This document shows positions 28,128 through 37,199 of a stretch of DNA of 64,000 nucleotides, piece by piece. Made by a program: the position numbers and the translations under genes. This DNA comes from Patescibacteria group bacterium (GTDB lineage Bacteria; Patescibacteriota; Patescibacteriia; JBAZBY01), in assembly GCA_041671225.1 (NCBI GenBank), contig JBAZBY010000001.1, positions 430,940 to 494,939 on the forward strand, read 5' to 3'. The notes under the pieces were generated by a model. The model had not been told where the DNA came from. It made no database searches and saw only the letters and a list, made by a program, of their open reading frames with translations. How positions within the stretch are numbered: position 1 is the first letter of the stretch; each line of letters starts with the position of its first letter.

Positions 28128-28204
28128 TGGTGGGCCGTGAGGGATTTGAACCCCCGACACCCAGATTAAGAGTCTGGTGTTCTACCAGGCTGAACTAACG
28201 GCCC
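28128..28204 (-). tRNA. tRNA-Lys(CTT)
   Basis: GGGCCGTTAGTTCAGCCTGGTAGAACA-CCAGA-CTCTTAA-TCTGG...GGTTCAAATCC...CCCACCA. Confidence 0.93.
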
Positions 28205-28286
28205 ATATCGTTTGCGGGAACCCCATGAGATTAGCTCACAAAGTCGCTTTGCTAGTATACGTATTTTCTCTTTCTCTGCAAGCTTC

Positions 28287-28363
28287 TGGTGCGCCCGGAG
28301 GGATTTGAACCCCCAACCTTGTGGTCCGAAGCCACACACTCTATCCAATTGAGCTACGGGCGC
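28287..28363 (-). tRNA. tRNA-Arg(TCG)
   Basis: GCGCCCGTAGCTCAATTGGATAGAG..TGTGG-CTTCGGA-CCACA...GGTTCAAATCC...GCGCACCA. Confidence 0.92.
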
Positions 28364-28533
28364 CCGTCAGCGCTTTGATTTTCATCAAAGCTTCGTCGCG
28401 GGCAAGTAAAGGATATTTTATCTTTCGCTTGTCCACCGAAGCTCGAATGCCATGAGAGCAGAGGCGGAAGCCACGGGCGCATAAAAAATGAAGCGCACTG
28501 AAAGATAGCACGCGTTTGTTTTGAGGGCAAGTA

Positions 28534-29580
28534 TTACCGAAGTATCGTGGGATCAGAGACGTGCGCCTGTGCCGTAGCTTCGTCAATTTGATCCTGTTCG
28601 TAGAGTTGCTTTACTGCCTGATCCATGGTGACCATACCGTGATCCTTGCTTGTTTGGATTGCGGTCTTGATCTGTGCGATCTTGTTTTCGCGGATAAGGT
28701 TGGCAACTGCTGGCGTGTTGAGCAATACTTCTCGTGATGCAACGCGGCCGCCGGTCTTTCTTGGCAGTAATTGTTGTGAGATGACCGCGCGTAAGAACAA
28801 TGAGAGCTGCAAACGCACCTGTGGCTGTTGGTATGGAGGGAATACATCGATAATACGGTCGATCGTTTGTGCGGCATTCAGCGTGTGCAGGGTGGCCATC
28901 ACAAGGTGGCCTGTTTCAGCAAGGGTAATAGTGGAAGCGATGGTTTCAAGATCCCGCATTTCTCCAACAAGGATAACGTTTGGATCCTGACGCAGCACGT
29001 GCTTCAAGCCCTGCGCAAAGGAGAGGATGTCCGTGCCGTACTGCCGTTGTTTGATGATGCTTTTTTTTGGTTCGTAGACGAATTCAATAGGATCCTCAAG
29101 TGTAATGATATGGCGCGCGCGTTCTCGATTGATAATATCAATCATTGCGGCAAGCGAGGTGGACTTTCCCGAGCCGGTCGGTCCGGTGACGAGAATCAAT
29201 CCCTGGTTGAGTTTCACAAGATCATAAACGATCGGCGGCATGCCGATTTCTTCCATAGAAGGAATTTTTTGTCCAATGACGCGCGCAACGAGCCCTGCGT
29301 GTTCTTTTTCCCAGTGAAGGTTCACGCGGAAGCGCGAGAGATTCTTTATCTCATAAGAAACGTCGAGTTCACGGTCTTCAATATAGCTCGCTTTTTGTTG
29401 TTCGTTCAGGATGGAGTAGCAGAGTTTTTCTACGTCCGTAGCAGTGAGTACAGGCTGGCCGTCGATGGGCCTGAGTTCTCCGTCAATACGAAGAATAGGT
29501 TGCAGATTTGTAACCAAGTGAAGGTCTGATGCGCCTTTTTCAACGGCGATGCGAAACAGTTCGTCCATTGTTGTTCCCAT
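28534..29580 (-). CDS. pilT: type IV pilus retraction ATPase PilT
   Basis: ASDLHL, GPTGSGKST, EDPIE, LRQDP.VILVGEMRD, GHLV.ATLHT, NLIRE. Confidence 0.93.
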   Translation of the reverse strand: MGTTMDELFRIAVEKGASDLHLVTNLQPILRIDGELRPIDGQPVLTATDVEKLCYSILNEQQKASYIEDRELDVSYEIKNLSRFRVNLHWEKEHAGLVARVIGQKIPSMEEIGMPPIVYDLVKLNQGLILVTGPTGSGKSTSLAAMIDIINRERARHIITLEDPIEFVYEPKKSIIKQRQYGTDILSFAQGLKHVLRQDPNVILVGEMRDLETIASTITLAETGHLVMATLHTLNAAQTIDRIIDVFPPYQQPQVRLQLSLFLRAVISQQLLPRKTGGRVASREVLLNTPAVANLIRENKIAQIKTAIQTSKDHGMVTMDQAVKQLYEQDQIDEATAQAHVSDPTILR

Positions 29581-29595
29581 ATGCTCTGTAGTGTA

Positions 29596-30207
29596 TCAGA
29601 ATGTCTCCTTCTGCGGAAGCGCATTCTGTTGAGGTGTAAAATACTTCTTCAGATAGCGCTCACCAAATGCCCATACGGCATACGCCAGCAAGAGACCGCC
29701 CGCGATATCAGCAGTGTAGTGTGCACGCGTGATGATCGACCCCAGACCAAAGAGGAGAACGGCAACAGTACAGGATATACGCAGGGTACGGCTCCGTACA
29801 AGTAGTGTCAGAATAAACATTATACCCACGTGCCCTCCGGGAAAGAATGCATGCCCTGCATATGGGTAGAGTACGAATCGTTCCGCTACTTCTGGTGCAT
29901 CCAGCGGCGGCCCGATAGGTAAGAGAATCAAGAATACGCCCCGACACGCATAAAAGATACCGAGCAAAGCAAGGATGTAACCAAGGTCACACCACCGGTC
30001 TCGCAAGAGGATGACGCCGAATCCCACCATAAGAACCAAAAAAAGGATTTCGCCGATACCGAAGAGATCAATAAATGGAAGTTGTCGCATCACAATATCT
30101 GTCACACCAGGAAATGATTCCACGTATGTATCTGCCACCCAGAGTGCGAGCATGTGTAGTCCGACCCCGCTGATGCCGATGGCGAACCCACCAATGATTT
30201 TTTTCAT
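29596..30207 (-). CDS. PAP2/sphingomyelin-synthase-like membrane phosphatase/transferase
   Basis: FFPGGH and RAHYTAD motifs; multiple TMs. Confidence 0.7.
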   Translation of the reverse strand: MKKIIGGFAIGISGVGLHMLALWVADTYVESFPGVTDIVMRQLPFIDLFGIGEILFLVLMVGFGVILLRDRWCDLGYILALLGIFYACRGVFLILLPIGPPLDAPEVAERFVLYPYAGHAFFPGGHVGIMFILTLLVRSRTLRISCTVAVLLFGLGSIITRAHYTADIAGGLLLAYAVWAFGERYLKKYFTPQQNALPQKETF

Positions 30208-30313
30208 ACCTTAATGATAGTTCAGTCTATCTATGTCGTAAACATGCACTGTTTTTTGTTATGAGAAAATCCTGCTGAGCGGGGTTATTGTTTTATCAAA
30301 GAAAAAGGTGGAC

Positions 30314-30349
30314 AAAAAAGAAAACCCCCCGCAAAGGGGGAGTTTTCTT
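30314..30349 (-). terminator. terminator of the acidic micro-protein gene
   Basis: AAGAAAACCCCCC-GCAAA-GGGGGAGTTTTCTT with an A-tract on the left. Confidence 0.7.
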
Positions 30350-30364
30350 CAAGTGGAGAGAAGC

Positions 30365-30487
30365 TTATGCCATCTCTTCGCCACCTTCTTCTGTTGTTTC
30401 TTCGGTGGTGGGTTCCTCAGTACCTTCTGTCATTCCATCTTCTTCCATACCACCATCTTCTGACGTCGTTTCGTCGTCAAAAATCAT
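30365..30487 (-). CDS. 40-aa highly acidic micro-protein (not in the ORF track)
   Basis: MIFDDETTSEDGGMEEDGMTEGTEEPTTEETTEEGGEEMA*; AAAGGAGGTGA RBS 7 nt upstream; TTGACA-16-TATCTT promoter at about 30561-30588. Confidence 0.75.
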   Translation of the reverse strand: MIFDDETTSEDGGMEEDGMTEGTEEPTTEETTEEGGEEMA

Positions 30488-30622
30488 TCTCAAGTCACCT
30501 CCTTTACGGATTATCTCAATGCTCAAAAACTACGTGGTCTCAAAGACCGGAGTCGCAGAAAAGATATCATGCAGACGATGACTGTCAAGAGAAAAATGAT
30601 TCAAGTTATCCACACAAATCAA

Positions 30623-31600
30623 CTAGCAGATGCGCGCGGGTACTGCTTTGTTCTTTAATGCGCAAAGAATATTCTGCGCGGCTTGCTCGCCCATTGTGCG
30701 TCGTGCGCGCATCGTTGCAGAACCAGTATGTGGAGTAACAATGATATTCTTTAATTTCGCGAGTCCAGGGGTCATGTGCGGTTCGTTCTCAAAGACATCG
30801 AGCCCCGCAGCCGCGATCCTTTTTTTCTTGAGCGTCGCAAGCAATGCTTTTTCGTTGATGATGGGTCCGCGCGCGATATTCACGAGAATGGCGGTTGATT
30901 TCATTGATGCAAGCTCTTTTGCTCCAATAAGGTGATGTGTCGAGGGGAGGAGCGGCACTGCGATGATGATGACATCAGCCTTTTTGATGAGCGTTGTGAG
31001 AGTAACTTTTTTTGCGGAATATTTTTTTTCGAAAGCAACGTTTCTGCTCCGATCAACATAGAGCACCGGCATACGAAAACCGCCGTTTCCGATAGTGGCA
31101 ATCATTTGACCAATGCGTCCGAGGCCGATAACACCGAGTATTTTTCCTGAAAGCTCAAGCCCAAGCATTTGTCCTGGTGTCCATTGCTTGTATTTTCCTG
31201 CGCGCATGTACGCGTCTGATTCCACAATGCGTTTTGCGCAGCCAAGTGCAAGAACCCACGCATGTTCAGCCACGGCTGTTGAGACTCCACCCGGCGTGTT
31301 CGTCACGATAATACCCCGTTTTTTTGCTGCAGCAATATCAATATTATCAAAGCCCGCAGCATAGTTTGCAATAATTTTTAGCCCAGGCCCTGCGGCATCC
31401 ATGATTTCACCATCGATTTTTTCTGTGAGCTGTGAAAGAATTGCGTCCGCGCCCTGCACCATTTTTTTAAGGCGTGCCCGCGAGGGAGAGAATGCATTCA
31501 TGCCGCCAACGATATGCATGCTTTTGTTCGTGAGGAGCGATTCAAGACCAGCTGTGGGGAGTTTTTTTGTAAGAACGACGCGGAATTTTTTTTGGGGCAT
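30623..31600 (-). CDS. D-glycerate/glyoxylate reductase (D-2-hydroxyacid dehydrogenase)
   Basis: IANYAAGFDNID, GVIGLGRIG, N.ARG, GLDVFE.EP, TPHTGSA. Confidence 0.92.
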   Translation of the reverse strand: MPQKKFRVVLTKKLPTAGLESLLTNKSMHIVGGMNAFSPSRARLKKMVQGADAILSQLTEKIDGEIMDAAGPGLKIIANYAAGFDNIDIAAAKKRGIIVTNTPGGVSTAVAEHAWVLALGCAKRIVESDAYMRAGKYKQWTPGQMLGLELSGKILGVIGLGRIGQMIATIGNGGFRMPVLYVDRSRNVAFEKKYSAKKVTLTTLIKKADVIIIAVPLLPSTHHLIGAKELASMKSTAILVNIARGPIINEKALLATLKKKRIAAAGLDVFENEPHMTPGLAKLKNIIVTPHTGSATMRARRTMGEQAAQNILCALKNKAVPARIC

Positions 31601-32595
31601 TAATTTGGGAATGAGGTTATGGTAACTTCACGAGGATCCTTTTTTGGGAAGTGCGTAAGAAGACCGTTCTTTGCCCCGATTTTTTGGATGACCGACTCTG
31701 AGCTCGCAATGCCCGTTTGCAATGCGTATGCAATATCATTTTTGTGCATATATCCTGCAACAAAACCCATGCCAAAGGAGTCTCCGGCACCCGTTGTGTC
31801 GTGCACAGTGATAGTATGCGGCTTTCCTTTATAACGATATGTATTGTCAGCAACGAGTGCGCCACGCGGACCGTCTGTCACAACCACCATGCCAGGAAGT
31901 CCGATTGCAAGTTTTTTGAACATAGCTCTTTCCTGTTCAAAAGGTATGCCCGTAAGGCGCGCTGCTTCTTCTCGGTTCAAGAGAACAACTGTTGCGCCTT
32001 TGAGCACTGGCGCGAGCGCGCGGTATCCCTTGTCCAATTCTGCCCGTCCGGGGTTCACCGCGACACTGATATGGTGCTTTGCCGCAAAGTGCACAAGCTT
32101 CTTCATGAGCGGAAGATTACCGCCGAGTGAACTCACATAGAACCATTTTGTTTTTTTGAGTTTCGTCCACTGTATGCCCGCATCGGTGAATCGAGATGAT
32201 GCACCGCGATGGACAAGGATGGTGCGTTCACCTTTTGGGGAGCGCAGCAAAACAGAATACGCCGTCATATCCTTTTTATCATGCACAACAAAACGCGTAT
32301 CAACCCCATTTTCTTGAAGTGTATGAAGAAGGATTTTACCGCGCGCATCATTCGCGCCGATGCGCGTAACCACGGCTGTTTTGAATCCTAGCCTCGCAAA
32401 TCCAACTGCAGTATTTGTTCCCCCGCCACCCGTTTCAAAATAGACAATTGGAATATCATATTTTGCACCAAGCGCAAGACGGATAACCTTTCGTGTTTTT
32501 GCTTTTTTGTCTGCTACCCCTCGGAATTTTTCGCTTTGCAAATAGACATCGCGGGTTGCAGATCCAAAGGTGATAACGTCGTATCTTTTTTTCAT
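31600..32595 (-). CDS. PfkB family carbohydrate kinase
   Basis: GGGGTN.A, NREEA, T.G.RG, DTTGAGDSF. Confidence 0.92.
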   Translation of the reverse strand: MKKRYDVITFGSATRDVYLQSEKFRGVADKKAKTRKVIRLALGAKYDIPIVYFETGGGGTNTAVGFARLGFKTAVVTRIGANDARGKILLHTLQENGVDTRFVVHDKKDMTAYSVLLRSPKGERTILVHRGASSRFTDAGIQWTKLKKTKWFYVSSLGGNLPLMKKLVHFAAKHHISVAVNPGRAELDKGYRALAPVLKGATVVLLNREEAARLTGIPFEQERAMFKKLAIGLPGMVVVTDGPRGALVADNTYRYKGKPHTITVHDTTGAGDSFGMGFVAGYMHKNDIAYALQTGIASSESVIQKIGAKNGLLTHFPKKDPREVTITSFPN

Positions 32596-32598
32596 GTG

Positions 32599-33228
32599 TT
32601 ATGTGAGTTGTGTGAGTTCGCGGAATGCCGCTGCTGGGTCTGCCTGTTTGATAATTGCAGATCCCACAACGATGTTTGCGATCTTGAGTGGTTTGATGAG
32701 CGGGATCGTTTCCTTGTTCATCGCGCCATCTATCCCTATCGTAACGCCTGGGAAGTTTTTCTGAAAGTCAGCGATCTTGCGGATAACATCCGGCATGAAT
32801 GGTGATCCCTGAAAGCCTGGTTTCACCGCCATAAAGAGGACAAAGGAGAGAATATCCGCAATTGGCTGCATGGCAGAAAGGGGAGTTTCTGGATTCAACG
32901 CAACGCCCACTTTTTTACCACACGCACGGATGGCTTCCACAACAGCGCGGAGATTATGCGTTGCTTCTGCATGAATGATGATGCATTCTGCGCGGAGTTT
33001 TTCGATTTTCTGCAGCACGTGCTCTGGCTGGTCATACATAAGGTGTACGCGATATGTCTTTTGCGGCTCAGCATTTTTGAGTTCATCAAGAGAGATCGTT
33101 TTGTTGGGAACGAACCGTCCATCGGCAAGATCAATATGGAGCAGATCACTGAAGGCGCTCACCGTTTCCACTGCGCGGTGAAATGCTTCGGCATCGGATT
33201 CTAAAATAGCTGGAACGATCACACTCAT
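32599..33228 (-). CDS. rpe: ribulose-phosphate 3-epimerase
   Basis: HID..DG.FVPN, HLM, LNPET, M.V.PGFQG, IDG. Confidence 0.9.
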   Translation of the reverse strand: MSVIVPAILESDAEAFHRAVETVSAFSDLLHIDLADGRFVPNKTISLDELKNAEPQKTYRVHLMYDQPEHVLQKIEKLRAECIIIHAEATHNLRAVVEAIRACGKKVGVALNPETPLSAMQPIADILSFVLFMAVKPGFQGSPFMPDVIRKIADFQKNFPGVTIGIDGAMNKETIPLIKPLKIANIVVGSAIIKQADPAAAFRELTQLT

Positions 33229-33683
33229 GTTTTTGTACCGAATCGATTCAAGCTTCGCGCACGGCGATGGTAGCGTTGTGATGTGCCGGGCGGGGTTGTG
33301 AGAAAGACATTGACCATGCGTTCTGCCTCGCGCGTACTGATGAAGTCCGCTGCAAGCGCAAGGATATTGATGAGGTCATCTCTGCGGCCAGCTTTGGCTT
33401 GTGCGACAGAATGAGCGAGCCCTGCGCGTATGCCCTGGATCTTATTCGCCGCAACAGAAATACCGATACCAGAACCGCAGATGACTATTCCCATACTGTT
33501 CGGATCCTTTGCAACAATGCGCGCAACGCGGAGGCCATACGTTGCATAATCATCTGTTGCGATCCGTTTGTGAGCGCCGAGGTCACGAACGATAAAGCCG
33601 CGCGTTGCAAGATACGCTTTAAGGCGTTCCTTAAGATGGAACCCGCGATGGTCTGCGCCAAAATAGATCGTTGTGTTTTTCAT
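33225..33683 (-). CDS. rpiB: ribose-5-phosphate isomerase B
   Basis: GADHRG..LK, DDY, ICGSGIG...AANK..GIRA, RYHRR. Confidence 0.92.
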   Translation of the reverse strand: MKNTTIYFGADHRGFHLKERLKAYLATRGFIVRDLGAHKRIATDDYATYGLRVARIVAKDPNSMGIVICGSGIGISVAANKIQGIRAGLAHSVAQAKAGRRDDLINILALAADFISTREAERMVNVFLTTPPGTSQRYHRRARSLNRFGTKT

Positions 33684-33713
33684 ATTTACCTGAGAGTGCC
33701 AACAGCTACGAAC

Positions 33714-35426
33714 TTAGACACGCTGTACGTGTTTTAAAATAAAGCCGTAGCGTTCTTTTAACTCTGCGATGTGTTCAGCACGATCCACAGAGATATTGCC
33801 GGAGTTCATGAGTTGAGATTCTAACATGAGGCCAAGGTGCTTCCCTGCAATATGGTGCGGGAGAATCACATATGCTGCGCCGTGTTCGTAGAGATCAAGG
33901 GCATCAAGGGGAGAAAAAGCGCTGAGGTATGTGGGGATTTTGAGTTTTAAGCGTTTGATGTTTTGCAGAAGACGTATATTGTCCTGGACGTCAGGAACCG
34001 TTGTAATAATCATACGCGCCTCGGTGATATTCACTCGGTCGAGCAGTTCAGAATCAGAAAGGTCGCCATACATAACGGGGATTTTGAGTTTTGTGAGTTC
34101 ACGAACAACCTGCGGATCAAAATCAATAACAATGACCGGCACCTTTGTCCTGCGGAGAGAATCAAGAATTGCTTTTCCTATGCGGTGTACGCCAACAAGT
34201 ATGACGTGGCCAGAAAGTTCCTTCGAAAGTTCTGTCGGTTCTTGCACTTTTGTACGTTGGAAGACACGTAAGAATGGGCTTAAGATGCGGTAAAGTCGTT
34301 CTGCGTGTGCAAACATGTAAGCTGAAAGTGCAATCGTTACAACGCCAATGGCGGTAACGAGCGCGACCATATCATCTGAAACGTGTCCAAGTCGTGCACC
34401 GATTGCCATGAGAATGAGTGAGAATTCAGAGATCTGTGCCACCGTGATTCCCGTGAAAAAGGCAGTGCGTCGGTGGTAGCCCAAGAGGCCCATGATAATC
34501 ATAATGATAAGCGGGTTGCCGATCAGCACGAAGAATGAGAGTGCAACAAAAAGACCAAAGTGCGTGGAGAGTGCGGCAACAGTGAGGTGTGTTCCGAGTG
34601 AGACAAAAAACATCGTAATAAAAAAGTCGCGCAGATTTTTGACGCGGCCGGCAATTTCTAAGTGATACGGAACGCTTGCAAGTGCAATGCCCGCAAGGAA
34701 GGCACCAATTTCAACAGAGAAGCCAATAGCGGCGGCAAAGATAGAAAAGATGAATGCCCAGCTGATTGAAGCGAGGAAAAGAAGCTCATCACTCCGCGCG
34801 AGATACGAAAAAATTGGCGGGAGAATATAGCGACTGAGCAACGCAGTAAAAACAAAAAGCATGGCACCCTTTGCGAGTGTAAAGATCATGGCTGCGCCGA
34901 AAAGGCCACCCTCTGCATCGCCAACGCCCGCGAGGATAATAAGAATAAGAATTGCAACAAAATCTTGCACCAACAGGATGCCGATGCTGATGCGGCCATA
35001 GAGTGACGTGAGTGCGCGTTTTTCTGAAAGCAGCTTCACAACAATAATCGTGGAAGAGAGCGTCAGTGCTATTGACGCATAGAGTGCCGGAATAGCATCA
35101 ATGCCGAGCAGTATAAGGACACCAAAGGCAATAGCGGCAGTGAAGAGAATTTGCCCGGCGCCTATAATGGCGCTGGTTTTGCCGATTTCCTTAAGGCGAC
35201 GAACATCAAGCTCGAGTCCAATTAAGAAAAGGAGGAAGGCAACACCAAGCGCAGAAAGACTATTGAGGATGTCTGGCAGTGAAATAAGGTTGAGCACCAG
35301 CGGACCAAGAAAAACGCCAGCGAGAATATATGCCAAAATAAGCGGTTGGCGGAGTACGCGGGCAACCACAGCAAAAATCGTCGCAACGATGATACTCAGT
35401 GTTATTTCGAGGAAAATAGTTTCCAT
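33714..35426 (-). CDS. CPA2 cation:proton antiporter with TrkA-N domain (KefC-like)
   Basis: LSST.IV.K, LLVQD, GAFLAG, QISEFS; C-terminal G..RIG...DFDP..V..GD. Start placed at METIF. Confidence 0.9.
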   Translation of the reverse strand: METIFLEITLSIIVATIFAVVARVLRQPLILAYILAGVFLGPLVLNLISLPDILNSLSALGVAFLLFLIGLELDVRRLKEIGKTSAIIGAGQILFTAAIAFGVLILLGIDAIPALYASIALTLSSTIIVVKLLSEKRALTSLYGRISIGILLVQDFVAILILIILAGVGDAEGGLFGAAMIFTLAKGAMLFVFTALLSRYILPPIFSYLARSDELLFLASISWAFIFSIFAAAIGFSVEIGAFLAGIALASVPYHLEIAGRVKNLRDFFITMFFVSLGTHLTVAALSTHFGLFVALSFFVLIGNPLIIMIIMGLLGYHRRTAFFTGITVAQISEFSLILMAIGARLGHVSDDMVALVTAIGVVTIALSAYMFAHAERLYRILSPFLRVFQRTKVQEPTELSKELSGHVILVGVHRIGKAILDSLRRTKVPVIVIDFDPQVVRELTKLKIPVMYGDLSDSELLDRVNITEARMIITTVPDVQDNIRLLQNIKRLKLKIPTYLSAFSPLDALDLYEHGAAYVILPHHIAGKHLGLMLESQLMNSGNISVDRAEHIAELKERYGFILKHVQRV

Positions 35427-35570
35427 ACAAAAACAGAGGGATGTCGACAACCCGTCCGTGTTCCTTTTTCTGGTTGTCGTTTTATTTTACTCAGTGTAGT
35501 ATAACACATTTTTTTGTTTTATTCAAGTGTGCGACACAAGAATGTCGGAAAGTCTCATTCGTTTTTTATT

Positions 35571-35783
35571 CTATACCCTTGGTTCTTCCGCGGGAGAGTG
35601 CGGTATTTCTTTGTGGGGTTCTTTACCTATAAAGAGTGTGAGTGCCACAACAACAGAAACAGCACCAACGATCATTTGGATCCATTCTGTGCCACCGGTG
35701 AGTTCTGTGAGCCATTCATACAGTGCGGGTACAAGGTGAACGAGTCCACCAAGAAGCAAGAGAAGTGCACCAGTTGTTTTCAT
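35571..35783 (-). CDS. small membrane protein
   Basis: AAAGGAGGTGA RBS; two hydrophobic helices; overlaps the upstream stop codon. Confidence 0.7.
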   Translation of the reverse strand: MKTTGALLLLLGGLVHLVPALYEWLTELTGGTEWIQMIVGAVSVVVALTLFIGKEPHKEIPHSPAEEPRV

Positions 35784-36346
35784 GCATTATCACCTCCTTT
35801 TTCGTTTTTCCATTTAATACTGCATCCAACAGAGGGCTGTTGCTCTTCACCTGGTTTTTCACCGTTGAGCAAATCATCAAGAGCATCACGAAGATCTTCT
35901 TGCGTGACTTTTTCAATATCTTTCCAGTTATCATCAACACGCCCGTGATACGCCAGGCGTCGCGCGTTATCATAGACAAAGATATCCGGAGTGCAGGCCG
36001 CGCCAAAGTCTCGCGCGACATCCTGCGTCTCATCTCGCAAATATGGGAAGGAATAATTATATTTTTCCTCCATCATATGTTTCATGGAATCTTTAGGGTA
36101 TGCATGCTCGTCATTTGAATTGATTGCAATGAACTGCACACCAAGCTCATCATAGAAATCGTGCAGTGCAATAATGCGCGGACGGATAGCCTGCGCATAG
36201 GGACAATGATTGCACGTAAAAATCACAACAAGTACCTGTGCCTCATCGAAGTCTTTGAGGCAGTAGGTTTGGCCGTCTGTGCCGGGGAGGCAGAATGACG
36301 GTGCCGGCAGGCCCAAGTCCTTTGGTTGTGAGTATGCCAGGGCCAT
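35780..36346 (-). CDS. thioredoxin-family (AhpC/TSA-like redoxin) protein
   Basis: FTCNHCPY, YPKDS, FPYLRDETQ.VA, ACTPD, SVGCSIKW. Confidence 0.88.
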   Translation of the reverse strand: MALAYSQPKDLGLPAPSFCLPGTDGQTYCLKDFDEAQVLVVIFTCNHCPYAQAIRPRIIALHDFYDELGVQFIAINSNDEHAYPKDSMKHMMEEKYNYSFPYLRDETQDVARDFGAACTPDIFVYDNARRLAYHGRVDDNWKDIEKVTQEDLRDALDDLLNGEKPGEEQQPSVGCSIKWKNEKGGDNA

Positions 36347-36428
36347 GGGATGCGCGTTATTCGTGCGCTTCAAGCATACCAAAAAAGACCGGTTTCGTCA
36401 GCCTAGCCGTGGTGCCGCATCAAGCGGT

Positions 36429-37136
36429 TTATTGCAGCGTCTGGAAGATGCCAGAGAGGAGTGTTACCTCATTTTCTGGCGCTTTTGGGTCTGGGCCTGT
36501 AATGAAGACGAACTCGTTGGTGTTGTATCCCGGCTCAGTGATAGACAGAGAGTATGTCAGCGGGCTCTCATGCGTCATGATGCCGAGTTTATAAGCAGAT
36601 GATCCCTCACTTCCAAGATAGACCGTGTAGGCTTGGTCATCATCTGTTCCTGGAAGGAAGGCGCTTATGGTGTATGAGGTGGTGGATGCAATGAACGTTC
36701 GCGTTGCAACCACATGTGCGTCCCCAGAATTTTCTGCACGGAGATAGGGATGTGGAATAACGCCCATTGCTCGTTTGTAGGCAACAAGAGTGTTATCCAT
36801 AATTGCTTGTGCGCGTGCTGGCGAAGGACCAGAATCTGCACCAAGAACTTTTCCAATACGTCCTTCGCGGATTGCGGCAGGAATATCCGGTATCTCTTCT
36901 TGAGCGATAGGGATTGCGATTGGTTCGGGCGTTTCCGTTTTTGGAATTTTGCGTATGACAAAATAGATCGTACCGGTAATAAGTAGGAGTACTCCAGTAA
37001 TAACAAGGATATTGCGAAGTGAACTTGGGAGAATGCCCCGGTTTTCTTCCTGCTCATCAACAAGATTCTGCTCCGTTTGAACAGCTTTTTGATCTAGTGA
37101 CTCTGCGAGTTTTACCGAGAGATGTTCCTCTGGCAT
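36429..37136 (-). CDS. hypothetical single-pass membrane protein
   Basis: 235-aa ORF with one TM near residues 42-60 and a soluble C-terminal part. Confidence 0.65.
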   Translation of the reverse strand: MPEEHLSVKLAESLDQKAVQTEQNLVDEQEENRGILPSSLRNILVITGVLLLITGTIYFVIRKIPKTETPEPIAIPIAQEEIPDIPAAIREGRIGKVLGADSGPSPARAQAIMDNTLVAYKRAMGVIPHPYLRAENSGDAHVVATRTFIASTTSYTISAFLPGTDDDQAYTVYLGSEGSSAYKLGIMTHESPLTYSLSITEPGYNTNEFVFITGPDPKAPENEVTLLSGIFQTLQ

Positions 37137-37199
37137 AGAAAATATTGTCCCAACAATAAAGCAGCCTATCTAATCATAGGTTGGGGTGTTTGTCAAGGG

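Noticed and set aside
30606-30614. DnaA box TTATCCACA as oriC
   Set aside because: A single box with no cluster and no dnaA/dnaN nearby.
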